Origin: Pirellulales bacterium
GTDB taxonomy: Bacteria > Planctomycetota > Planctomycetia > Pirellulales > Lacipirellulaceae
Reading direction: 5' to 3'
DNA: 64,000 nucleotides
NCBI GenBank assembly: GCA_041737535.1
Contig: JBGSRO010000107.1
Coordinates: forward strand, 6,399 to 70,398
Every line of letters starts with the position of its first letter. Within the stretch, counting starts at the first letter, position 1. A program made the position numbers and the translations under genes. Below are positions 21,520-31,239 of the stretch, in pieces. Below the pieces are notes generated by a model, which worked only from the letters and a program-made list of their open reading frames with translations, was not told the origin of the DNA and made no database searches.

Positions 21520-22623
21520 ATGAACGAGCCTCAAAAGTTGACGGAATTTCTGATTCACAACTACGGCCCCGTGCGGAATCTCTCTGCGGGAACAATCGCT
21601 ATCTACAACCAATCGATCCGCTTGTTGGCTGAGCATATCGGGCGGGAACCCACCCTCGATGACCTTATCGAAGAGAACATTTTCGCAGTCGCCAACGGGG
21701 GGGCTAAGCCGCACTATACCGACGCGTTGCGTGCCATGAGTCGCTTCGACGGGCGGGCCTACTTCACTCAGGGCGAGACTCAGTACGATTCGGAGTTGTC
21801 TCGCTTCCATGCCGAGAAGGGGCATACTCGACGCACCCGCGAGCATTACCGGGCAGTCTTCCGGCGCTTCGGCGACTTGGAGTTGACCGACGAGAATCTA
21901 GCCGTTTATCGAGAACAGCGGCTTGCTCATGGGCTTGCCAAAGATTCCGTTCGCGGAGAGCTAGGCAGATTGATGGCCTATGCTCGATGGAAAGGATTAA
22001 ACCCGAAAACGCAACAGCCGAAGAAAGTGCGACGCGAGCCGCAAGCGTGGTCGCGCAATGAATTGCGTCGGCTGTTCAAAGAAGCTCGCACGACCGAACG
22101 CACTATCTACGGTATCCCAGGCGCGATCTATTGGCCCGCGATTCTCGGCTTGGCGTATGACACGGGCGAACGGATTACCGCAATAGCGGCTCTTGAGTGG
22201 AGCGACATCGACTTCGACCAACGCTCGGTTCGTTATCGTGCCGAGACGCGCAAGGGTAGCTGTGCGGACCACCAGGGGACGTTTAGCCGTGGCACGCGTC
22301 GCGATCTGTTGCGGCTTCGCGGGTTCGGGAAAGGCAGACCGTTTCGACTCGGCTGCGAATCGACGCGATGGAAAGCGTACACGACCCTACTGAAGGATGC
22401 GGGGCTGCCCAGCGACCGACGGTCGAAGTTTCATCGCCTTCGCCGAACACACGCGACTTGGTTGCATTGGTCGGGCGGCGACGCGACAGCATCGCTAGGG
22501 CATTCGAGTAGCGATATCACCCGCGATGCGTATCTCGACAAGCGGTACACCCGCAAGGGGCGATTGCCGAGCATTTCAGTTGGCATCGTCGCAACTGTGT
22601 TGGCATGGTTCGGCTGGCGATAG
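21520..22623 (+). CDS. Tyrosine recombinase (phage-integrase family)
   Basis: C-terminal HRLRRTHATWL...LGHSSSDITRDAYLDKRY gives the R/H-x-x-R...Y catalytic motifs. Start at ATG 21520 (MNEPQKL) with an upstream GGAAAGGG. Confidence 0.7.
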   Translation: MNEPQKLTEFLIHNYGPVRNLSAGTIAIYNQSIRLLAEHIGREPTLDDLIEENIFAVANGGAKPHYTDALRAMSRFDGRAYFTQGETQYDSELSRFHAEKGHTRRTREHYRAVFRRFGDLELTDENLAVYREQRLAHGLAKDSVRGELGRLMAYARWKGLNPKTQQPKKVRREPQAWSRNELRRLFKEARTTERTIYGIPGAIYWPAILGLAYDTGERITAIAALEWSDIDFDQRSVRYRAETRKGSCADHQGTFSRGTRRDLLRLRGFGKGRPFRLGCESTRWKAYTTLLKDAGLPSDRRSKFHRLRRTHATWLHWSGGDATASLGHSSSDITRDAYLDKRYTRKGRLPSISVGIVATVLAWFGWR

Positions 22624-22671
22624 CAATTCTCCCCGCACCGTCCGCACTTAACCCCAACTGGAAACGAATTC

Positions 22672-23391
22672 ATGTACTTCGAAAAACTCTCCGACTACCA
22701 TTGCCAGAAAAACCACGGCACACGAACGCGCTCGCACTATCGCGCCATCATCGAACGATTCGGCAACCAGGCTATCGCGCCGGAATCAATTGCCGAGTAT
22801 CGTGACAAGCGACTCTCCGAAGGTCGCACCGCTGACACTGTTCGCGCGGAAATCTCAAAGCTCTGTGCGTTCGCACGATGGCTCGGCGTCGATCCTGAAT
22901 TGACTCTCCCGCGCAAGGTGCATCGCCCGCCGACAGAATGGAGTTGCCAAGAATTGCATCGGCTGTTCGCCGCCGCTCGCAGCACAAGCCGAATCATCTA
23001 CGGCGTTCCCGGTTCGATTTATTGGCCGGCCCTACTTGGTGTCGCTTGTGATGCAGGTGAACGCATCAGAACCATTGTCGGCATCGAATGGGGCGACATC
23101 GACTTCGTTCGCCGTTCGGTCATGTATCGAGCCGAGTTATGCGAGGGGGATGCCGCTGATAACTGTTGCTGCACCCTCAGTCGTCGCACAGTCAAAGATT
23201 TACTACTATTGCGAGCCAGCGGCGTTGAGAGACCATTCCGGCTGGGCTGCGAATCGACGCGATGGAAAGCCTATAAAACGCTGCTGGAAGACGCCGGATT
23301 GCCCAGCGATCGCCGCAGTAAGCTCCACAGATTATGCCGAGCGAATATGTCATTGGTTCACAGAGCAGGCGTTTGGCTTGGCTGGCGTTAA
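22672..23391 (+). pseudogene. Degenerate tandem paralog of the 21520..22623 recombinase
   Basis: Colinear with the upstream recombinase (…RPFRLGCESTRWKAY.TLL.DAGLPSDRRSK.HRL…). It lacks the N-terminal domain and replaces the catalytic Tyr-containing tail with …CRANMSLVHRAGVWLGWR. Confidence 0.5.
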
Positions 23392-23625
23392 CTTTCCCGC
23401 GCCCGTCGTCAGCAATGGCGACGGGTTTTTTCGTGCGCGGAAATTGTAGCCGTGGCTAAATTCGCCCCCGAGTTATCCGGTACAGTACCGTTTTACGATT
23501 CACGCAATACCGAAAACCTCGGGAAATAGTGCAATCGCGTGAAATAGCTTGCAATGGCACTCGGCAGGCGTTAGACTCTACAAAACAAGGGGAAAACGCC
23601 GAACAAATGCTTGTTCTAGGTTCGC

Positions 23626-23683
23626 CTGAAAATCCTGGTGTCGGGGGTTCGACCCCCCCCTGTCCACTAGACATAAGTCGAAG
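23626..23683 (+). repeat. attR: distal copy of the tRNA-Phe 3'-end direct repeat
   Basis: Identical 58 bp to 12584..12641. Followed by an extra tcgaag unit. Confidence 0.8.
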
Positions 23684-24014
23684 TCGAAGCCGATTGGTGA
23701 GTTGCGAATGCACATCGGCGATCGGGAGATCGCCGCAATCGTGGCCGTCGACGATGCGACCATCCAGCCCACCAGCAAGAGCTAAACCGAGGTTGTGGCT
23801 GACCTGTTTCGGCTCCGGCACCTTTTTCGGCTCCGGCAATTCGTGCAATGGAAGCCAGAAGAGGCTCGTCCTCAACAGCAGGTCACTTCGCCAGAGGTCA
23901 ATTGGCCATTTGGCGGGCTAGACCTTTATGACAGGTGGCTCAATCTTCAGGGAGCAGTCCAGTTTAAGGAAAAGCCGAAGAGAGGGGCCGCTTTTTGAGC
24001 GGCAACACCCTGAG

Positions 24015-24096
24015 CGGAGGACAAGGGACTCGAACCCTCAACCCCTTGCGGGGCAACTGATTTCGAATCAGTCTGCTAGCCATTCGCTTATCCTCC
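24015..24096 (-). tRNA. tRNA-Ser-like (predicted anticodon CGA), type II
   Basis: On the minus strand: acceptor GGAGGAT/GTCCTCC, anticodon stem ACTGA/TCAGT with loop TTCGAAA, long variable arm (GCCCCGCAAGGGG), T-arm GAGGG-TTCGAGT-CCCTT. I could not fold the D-arm cleanly by eye. Confidence 0.55.
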
Positions 24097-24195
24097 GAAT
24101 AGACAGCTAGTTTAGTGCGTCGACCGAATAGGGACAAGCCGTTCTTGACGTTGGTTCGACCCAACCTGTCCCAACCTTCGACAGCCTTTCGAGAA

Positions 24196-25671
24196 CTATC
24201 GAGCCGCTACGAATTTCAGCTTGGCGACCGCACGGCTTGCGACGTGATGTCGCATGAAGAGATTCCAGACCAAACCGCTCCGCGCGTTTTCGATCGCCAT
24301 CAGCATCGCCCCTTGATCGATCGCCACATAGTGTTCCGGGGCACTGCGTGGCGTGAGCGAGAAACTGTCGACGAATCCGTAGCCACCTTCGTTGGGATCG
24401 CGCCATACAAGTAGACTACCGTCGGAGTCTTGCAGATTTCGGAATTCACGGAGCGCGGCGAGGCTCAGTTCGGGTGTGAGGGGCAAGGCGGTTGCGGCGG
24501 CGTAGGGGGCGACGATGCCGTCGTACCAAACTTCGCGATGGTTAAGGTTGGGGCCAACTTCGGGCACGAGGTACCGGTCGCCAAATAGACATGCCGAAAG
24601 TCCCCAGCGGTTTTCGCCTAGTGTGGGGAACTCGCTCGCCCGCTCGCGACAGCGCTCGGCATGGGTGACGATCGCCACTTGTGAATTGCGCCACCAATCG
24701 ACAGGTGTGTTGGCGGGCCTACTGTCGGACTCTGCGGTCGAGACGAACTGATTGGGGCGGTCGCTGCCGTAACGGCGGTAATCGATGAAGCAGTGGCTAA
24801 ACAGATAGGTGAAGAGCGAGCCGTTCCACGAAACGGCAAACGGTTCGCCCCCCGCATGACTCTCGAACTGCCGCGCAAGCTGATAATATTTGGCCGGATC
24901 GACGGCGTATTCGTCTACCGGTGAACCGGTCGCCAAGAAATAAAGCAAACGCTCTTCGTCACTGGCGACGGACCAGTACCAGGGAAACGGTCGCCCATCG
25001 GCTTCGATGCCGCGTATGGTGGTGGCTTGCCAACCGAGAGACAGCAATTGGTCGGGGCCACCTTGGTAACTCTTCCAATGAGTCTGCCCGATGAGTCGGT
25101 CGCTTAGCTCGGCGACTTCGCCACCAAAGTACTCACCTGCTACCATTGCGCCACACACGAGCAGTGCATGATCGATCGTGCTGGCCATCACTTCGTAACG
25201 CTGTTTCGTATCGCGAAATGTGGGCCCCCCCCCTGTGTCGAGTTCGACGTAGTGCAAAAAGACACCCGACTTGCGGTTGTTGGTTGCCGAGAGCAGGGCA
25301 TTGAGCACCTGAAGTGCGCGTTGCTCGGCGGCGGGACGGTCGACCCAGCCATGTTCGACACCTATCGGAAGCGACGCCAACTGAAAACCAACACCGGCGA
25401 CACTACAAATGCGATCGCTCGTGCTATCGCGAACCAGCGGTGCGGGACTACCGACTTCCTGCCAGAAGTAGAGCCAGCAGCCGCGCTCGATTTCTTCGAG
25501 CAGTTCGCGGTCTGCGGCACCAAGCGTCGCATCAAATGAATCTAAAGGCGAAGCGGTTGGTCTCGCTTCGAGCGACACCTCGCTCGCGAGCTCATCGCCC
25601 CCCGCGCGACCAACGACGAGCAGAACGACAGCTACTGTCAGGCAAATCAACCGTCGGCCATCGGCAAGCAT
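24196..25671 (-). CDS. Secreted glycoside hydrolase, possibly beta-1,2-glucanase-like (DUF3131/GH144-type)
   Basis: Signal-like N-terminus after the internal Met (MLADGRRLICLTVAVVLLVVG). Family assignment is tentative and based on position next to opgGH and general sequence character. Confidence 0.4.
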   Translation of the reverse strand: MLADGRRLICLTVAVVLLVVGRAGGDELASEVSLEARPTASPLDSFDATLGAADRELLEEIERGCWLYFWQEVGSPAPLVRDSTSDRICSVAGVGFQLASLPIGVEHGWVDRPAAEQRALQVLNALLSATNNRKSGVFLHYVELDTGGGPTFRDTKQRYEVMASTIDHALLVCGAMVAGEYFGGEVAELSDRLIGQTHWKSYQGGPDQLLSLGWQATTIRGIEADGRPFPWYWSVASDEERLLYFLATGSPVDEYAVDPAKYYQLARQFESHAGGEPFAVSWNGSLFTYLFSHCFIDYRRYGSDRPNQFVSTAESDSRPANTPVDWWRNSQVAIVTHAERCRERASEFPTLGENRWGLSACLFGDRYLVPEVGPNLNHREVWYDGIVAPYAAATALPLTPELSLAALREFRNLQDSDGSLLVWRDPNEGGYGFVDSFSLTPRSAPEHYVAIDQGAMLMAIENARSGLVWNLFMRHHVASRAVAKLKFVAAR

Positions 25672-27815
25672 GATGTCTCGCGGTCTGCTGAGGTGGCAAT
25701 CGTATGAAGTCTCTGCAGTATAGCCGGGTCGCTCATAATGTGCTGCTGCAATTCGGTTGCTAGCGGTCGGTCGGCGGCTTGCTCGATCCATTCGATGGCC
25801 TGTGCCGATAAGTGGGGTTCGAGATGTGAGCTGGCACTCGTCGATTTAAGAATGGCGATATGATTCCCGACCCGCGTGCCATCGCGGAGAAAGTCGATAA
25901 ACTCGGTTGGCTTACTGAGCTCTGCGAGGCGTGTGCATTCGTCGGTGAAGGCAACGACAATCGCGGGTGGCGCTAACTCTTCGGGCGTACCCAAGAGCCC
26001 GAGTCGTTTGATGAGCCGTCCCAACCGGGCGCTGCTGACAATCACCGAGAACGCTGCCGATAGGATTAAGCCTGCCACGATTGGCGCGAGCCAAACGAGC
26101 AGCCAAGGCGAAACGTACCAGGCCCAACCGGTAGCGAGCACTCCCACTGCAACAAGCCACCGGTTGTCGCGCGCGGCATCACGCCAGCCGACACTCTGGG
26201 TCGTGCGTTGCTGCGAGTTCCATTCGACACGCCGGCCGAGCAAGGTGTTGATGACGAAGACGGAGTGAAAGGCCATGAAGATCGGCGCGGCCAGCACCGA
26301 CATCGCAAACTCCAAAATCAGACTACCGACGAGACGTCGGTATCCCCCGAATCCGCGCACTACCGAACGACGCCAACCAACGGCGACAAGCGCAAGAAGT
26401 CGCGGCAGCAGCAATAGCACCGCGACAGCCGCTAGTACGCCCATTCCCGATGTGGTGGCGACGCTCGCATTGCCAGTCAGCGCGATAGCCGAGGCGGTGA
26501 GTACGACAAATGCCGCCCAGATAGGGGAACACGTGTAGGCAAGAATACCGGTAACAAAGTGAAAGCGATTCATCGCTCGTATCGATTGGGCAAACACGAT
26601 TCGCGTGTGCTGAAGATTGCCTTGGCACCAGCGCTGATCGCGTTGTAAGAATTCGGGGAGGGTCGCGGGCATCTGTTCGTACGAGCCCCCCAAGTCCCAC
26701 GCCAATTGCACGCGGTAACCGGCTCGACGCATCAGCGCGGCTTCGACGAAGTCGTGACTGAGAATCTCGCCGCCAAGTGGCCGTTCTCCCGGCAATTTTG
26801 GCAAGCCACAATGGTCGATAAATGCGGCCGTGCGGATGATCGCGTTGTGCCCCCAGTAGTTGCCTCCATCGCCGCTGAAATGGGCAAAACCGCGTGAGAG
26901 CAAAGGGCCACAGAGCCGACAAATGAAGTGTTGGCCGCGCGAAAAGAGCGAGTCTTGACCGAGCGGTAGCGGTGCCGTCTGCAGAATGCCAAGCTCTGGG
27001 TCGACCTCCATACGCACGACCATTTCAACGAGAGTGGCACCCTCCATCAGGCTGTCGGCATCAAGCGTTACCATGTACTTGTAGTGGTCGCCCCAGCGCT
27101 GGCAAAAGTCGGCGATGTTGCCCGCCTTGCGGCCACGGTTTTCGCTGCGATGACGGTAATAGACTCGCGGAAATGGGTCGCGATCCGTTGCTGATCGAAG
27201 CTGATTTTCTGACTGGTACCAAGCCAACTCCTCGGCGAGCCATTTGTCGGGAGACGTCGAATCACTGAGCACGAAGAAGTCGAACTGTTGGCCGCAACCG
27301 GTGGCATGCAGCGACTTTCGCATCGCGTGCAGGCCGGCGAAGACAAGTGTGACATCTTCGTTATAGACGGGGAGCAAAATGGCCGTCCTGATGCCGTGGA
27401 TGCCCGTACCCTCGCGGTTCTTTAGCGCCGGATGTTTGGGTGCCCGATGATTGGTCGGCAATGCCCGAAGGTCGGCACCTAGCATTAACGCGAAACCAGT
27501 CGCTGCGACGCCGCTCCAAAATGTCAACCAAGTGGTGAGCAGAAAAAACAACATCGTCGCGACGACGCCGCTTGCGCTCCCATCGGCCATGCCAGGTAGC
27601 GCGGCGCGAAATTGCAGCGTGAGCAAGGTCCCGATGGAAATGGAAAGCAAGACGAGAATTAGGCGAACGACGTTCCGCATGGCTGGCTTCCTCGATAATG
27701 TATTCACGCTCGCGGAGCGCGTAACCGGCATAAGGGAAGGAACAGCGACGCGAGCGTAATCCAACGTCTGACGACGTTGCCGACACTCACTCTCACTCTC
27801 AGCCAATGAGAGCAA
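25647..27815 (-). CDS. opgH: Glucans biosynthesis glucosyltransferase H (GT2)
   Basis: Motifs LLPVYNEDVTLVFAGL, FFVLSDSTSPDKW, NRGRKAGNIADFCQRWG, TLDADSLM. Multiple TM helices at both ends. Confidence 0.8.
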   Translation of the reverse strand: MLSLAESESECRQRRQTLDYARVAVPSLMPVTRSASVNTLSRKPAMRNVVRLILVLLSISIGTLLTLQFRAALPGMADGSASGVVATMLFFLLTTWLTFWSGVAATGFALMLGADLRALPTNHRAPKHPALKNREGTGIHGIRTAILLPVYNEDVTLVFAGLHAMRKSLHATGCGQQFDFFVLSDSTSPDKWLAEELAWYQSENQLRSATDRDPFPRVYYRHRSENRGRKAGNIADFCQRWGDHYKYMVTLDADSLMEGATLVEMVVRMEVDPELGILQTAPLPLGQDSLFSRGQHFICRLCGPLLSRGFAHFSGDGGNYWGHNAIIRTAAFIDHCGLPKLPGERPLGGEILSHDFVEAALMRRAGYRVQLAWDLGGSYEQMPATLPEFLQRDQRWCQGNLQHTRIVFAQSIRAMNRFHFVTGILAYTCSPIWAAFVVLTASAIALTGNASVATTSGMGVLAAVAVLLLLPRLLALVAVGWRRSVVRGFGGYRRLVGSLILEFAMSVLAAPIFMAFHSVFVINTLLGRRVEWNSQQRTTQSVGWRDAARDNRWLVAVGVLATGWAWYVSPWLLVWLAPIVAGLILSAAFSVIVSSARLGRLIKRLGLLGTPEELAPPAIVVAFTDECTRLAELSKPTEFIDFLRDGTRVGNHIAILKSTSASSHLEPHLSAQAIEWIEQAADRPLATELQQHIMSDPAILQRLHTIATSADRETSCLPMADG

Positions 27816-28016
27816 CCTTTAACTGCAAGCAGCGCATGTAGAGACTCAAGCCCGCCGAGCGGACGGTGGCGCGCCACGCTCGAGGAACGACTCTGACACT
27901 GACCAAAGCTATCGGCTGCTCCGGCATTGCACGGCGAGATTCAGCCGGTACACACTCAGGAAAGGATGAATCATCGAGCAAAGAGCGGTTCGATTCAGGT
28001 TGATTGTGGAAAGTTG

Positions 28017-29651
28017 TCATTGATCGATTGCCTCGCGATTGCGAGAGTTGCTTTCACTTTCGATGTAGTTGGTTGTTGGCGAATCAACGAGCAAACCCGA
28101 TGCCGAAAGCGCGTGCCATTGGAGGCTAGTCGTCTCGCTCACCAGGCGTTTGCCCTGTTTAAGGCCGATTCGGACCTCGGCATGCTGTTCGCGGGGTTGA
28201 CTCGGCGGCAGATAGGTCGCGGTGACGACCAACCGGCCATCGTCCATTGGTCGCAATTCGACCGATTTGCATTCACCGCAGCTACACTCGATATCAGCCG
28301 AATATTCATCGGGCAGCAAACTGGCATCGAAACGATCAGCGGCAAACACGACTCTTACCGCTCCGTCGACGTCGAGCCGCGACTCGATGACGTCGGCAAC
28401 GTAGTGCTCAGCCGGAGGTTCGGTACCGAATGTCAGCTCGTATTTCACCACGAAACCTTCGTCGATCGAAGTCTGATCTTGATCGACGACGAAATAAGCG
28501 CCGATGTTGTCGATTCCCTCGTGAGCAGCCGGTAGTTCGAGCAGTTCAATCCAACCCGGCCCCCAATCGGACTCGACCCCGGTGCTTACCCAGACGTTGG
28601 GGCGAAGATGATACTTGGCCTCGTCGTCGCGATACCGGTTGGGGTCGCGCTCGCGTTGAAGAAGTCCGAATCCCTTAAGCTGTTCGACCCGCCACCGCTC
28701 GGTTTGCGGGGTTTCGGGGCGCTTGAGTTTTCGCCATATCCACTCGTCATTGCCGTGGTGTATCAAAAGACCGTCGGAGTCGTGAACTTCGGGACGGTGG
28801 TCTGTTTTCGGCTGACTCTCAGCGTCCCACATCCACATGCTCGTGATCGGAGCAAGCGCGAGCTTTTGAATCCCGTGGCGTTGCCAGAGATGGGCTTCGA
28901 CACAAACCGACGTGCTAGTCCCCGGAGCGATCCGAAATTCGTAAGCGCCGGCGATGCCGGGACTTTCGAGGATTGCCCAGACCCTTTGACGGCAGTCTTT
29001 GCAGTTGCCCGGTTGCTCGACCCACAAGTGAGTGAAACGGGGGAACTCTTCTGGCTTGGGGAGCCCAATGTCGATGGCGAGCCCTCGTGCCGAAGCACCA
29101 TACCATTGGCCCGTGCCGACGCCACGAAAGTAACTCGCACCGAGAAAGGTTAGGTACTCGGTCTTGTGTTCGTTACCCGGCAAAAGCGATAGCAGTCGCA
29201 GTCCGGCGAACGCTCCACCGGGGGCATTTTCGAGTTGCTTTGTCTCGCCACGGAATTGCAACCAATGCGTACCGTACTCGATTTTTTTCGGTTCACCCTG
29301 TTCGACCGCGTAGATATCGACGCCATACTCGAACAGGAATCCGGCCGAAAAAAACTCGACCCACGTCGAAAGGTTTTGGTCTCGCCACAGCGCCGTATCA
29401 TTGCGGGGGGCAATCTTGCGATGCGAGTCGTAGTCGAGTTTAAGGAACTCGTCACCAACCTTGGTCGGGGGTTGGTGGGGGCTGTCGGCCAAATCTTTGG
29501 CCATATTTTGGACGTCGACAAAGCCAAACTCGGCCATCGCAACACGAGCGACGACTGTCATCAGACAGGCCAGGATTGTCAAACGAAAAAGGGACATGAT
29601 GCTGTGCAGAAAACCGGAAGAAAGCATGAGAACGCGGTCGTTTCTTCCCAC
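28017..29651 (-). CDS. opgG: Periplasmic glucan biosynthesis protein OpgG/MdoG
   Basis: Signal peptide (LTILACLMTVVARVAMA). MdoG-family length and motifs. Immediately upstream of opgH, same strand. Confidence 0.75.
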   Translation of the reverse strand: MGRNDRVLMLSSGFLHSIMSLFRLTILACLMTVVARVAMAEFGFVDVQNMAKDLADSPHQPPTKVGDEFLKLDYDSHRKIAPRNDTALWRDQNLSTWVEFFSAGFLFEYGVDIYAVEQGEPKKIEYGTHWLQFRGETKQLENAPGGAFAGLRLLSLLPGNEHKTEYLTFLGASYFRGVGTGQWYGASARGLAIDIGLPKPEEFPRFTHLWVEQPGNCKDCRQRVWAILESPGIAGAYEFRIAPGTSTSVCVEAHLWQRHGIQKLALAPITSMWMWDAESQPKTDHRPEVHDSDGLLIHHGNDEWIWRKLKRPETPQTERWRVEQLKGFGLLQRERDPNRYRDDEAKYHLRPNVWVSTGVESDWGPGWIELLELPAAHEGIDNIGAYFVVDQDQTSIDEGFVVKYELTFGTEPPAEHYVADVIESRLDVDGAVRVVFAADRFDASLLPDEYSADIECSCGECKSVELRPMDDGRLVVTATYLPPSQPREQHAEVRIGLKQGKRLVSETTSLQWHALSASGLLVDSPTTNYIESESNSRNREAIDQ

Positions 29652-30037
29652 CGAACGACTAATCGCCGCAAACTGCGTGCCAATGCATTTGACTTCAAGA
29701 GAAATTCATGTCGAATTGCCGAGTTTTCGGGTCGGGCCGATCCGATGGCCCCCAACTCGGTTCGTTGGCCTGTTAACGGGTACCCCGTAGCCGCACGAAC
29801 CACCAACTCGAACATACGCGAGCCAGCGAGTCGCTTGAGTTTTACGCAGTCACTGCTAGTTCGCCGGGCGTTAAAGTCGCTCAGCTAGCGGTAAATTGCG
29901 ATGCTCGTCAGCCCGTTTTCTGAGCACCCAGCTATGCGTCACGGCAACCATGGTCTCGCGAGCCGGTGGCGTCGGTCGTACTCTCTGTGCACAGCTTTGA
30001 GCACTCCTAAAAAAACTCGCTGACTCACTTCAATGCG

Positions 30038-31087
30038 TTATCGGTTGAACTCGATCGGCGAGCTCTTGGCACCAGACGCTGACACCACTTGATGAATCAG
30101 CCGTAGTTTGTTGGCGACCGGAATTGGCACGACCTGGGGCACCAAGTCGATGAGCCCCATCGCACGATTGACTTCGTTCAAGGCGACCGCTGCCGACTCG
30201 AAGGTGTGTAAAGCCACATCAAAATTGCCGTCGAAGTTGTTGGGCACATCGCCCGCGAGCATCTCCATCTCCGATAGAGCCGTTAGCACCGCCATCATGT
30301 CGAGATAAAAAGCGGTCGTTTCGGCAAAATCTTCCCACGGATGAACGCTCGCATAGGGACTGATAAAATTCGCCTCCCAACCCTGCATCGGACCATCGTT
30401 GTAATTCGACTTGAGCGCCGCTTGATAGTCGACGGTAGTCGGATCACCAAACACTCGCTTGCATTCTGCGCGTAATTCAACGTTATCGATCCGCAGGTCG
30501 AGATAGTGGCCGAATTCGTGCCGCAAGTGGCCGATGACCGTTCGCTGTGGTTCGCCGAGGCGCAGTCGCTCGACTTCGCGATGGACCGAGTCGGCCTCCT
30601 TCGCGTTGATCGTGATGACGCCATCGGCGTGGCCGGTCAGTATTTTTTGTTCGGGCATGTCGGCCGCGAATCGAAACCGCAGCGGCGGCTCGCCTTCGCA
30701 CCACTCGGCATCGAGCCCGACCGCGTCGAGCTCATCGAGCAACCGCCACTTCGCCGCCTCGAGTATTCGCCACTGAGCGAGCGCCGCCGAGTCCGACGGA
30801 TCGGGTGTGAGTGTCGTCGTCAAGCAACGCTGGCAAAGCATGTCGGGTGGCGACTCGGACCCAATGAAACTTGTGCAGACATCATACTGAGCGCGGTTCT
30901 TACACTCGCGAAGCTCGGTCTCGCAGTGACTGCAGCAGCTATTCGTCTCGCCAACGAGCGCCGTTGTCGCACCGCACACATGACATCGCCCCACACAACG
31001 ACCGCAGACGGTACAAGTCGTGTTGTTGCGAAACAGTCGCTGTCCGCATTCGCATTTTGTAGTAGCCATTGGTAGGTCGTTGTTCAC
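30038..31087 (-). CDS. Putative zinc metallopeptidase with N-terminal zinc-ribbons
   Basis: Multiple CxxC pairs at the N-terminus (CECGQ…CTVCGRC…CHVCG…CCSHCE). HExxH motif (HLRHEFGHYLD). Confidence 0.55.
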   Translation of the reverse strand: MNNDLPMATTKCECGQRLFRNNTTCTVCGRCVGRCHVCGATTALVGETNSCCSHCETELRECKNRAQYDVCTSFIGSESPPDMLCQRCLTTTLTPDPSDSAALAQWRILEAAKWRLLDELDAVGLDAEWCEGEPPLRFRFAADMPEQKILTGHADGVITINAKEADSVHREVERLRLGEPQRTVIGHLRHEFGHYLDLRIDNVELRAECKRVFGDPTTVDYQAALKSNYNDGPMQGWEANFISPYASVHPWEDFAETTAFYLDMMAVLTALSEMEMLAGDVPNNFDGNFDVALHTFESAAVALNEVNRAMGLIDLVPQVVPIPVANKLRLIHQVVSASGAKSSPIEFNR

Positions 31088-31239
31088 TTGTCATAAAATG
31101 CGTTTAGCAGTCAATTTGGCCCGCACGTTCACCGAGGATATAGTAGCAACTAGCGGACCACGAGTGGGTCGACTAACAGAAAACCGCCGGCCACGGTTCA
31201 ACATCCCCTTCGTTAGCTCAAAAAACTGAAAGACTTCTA

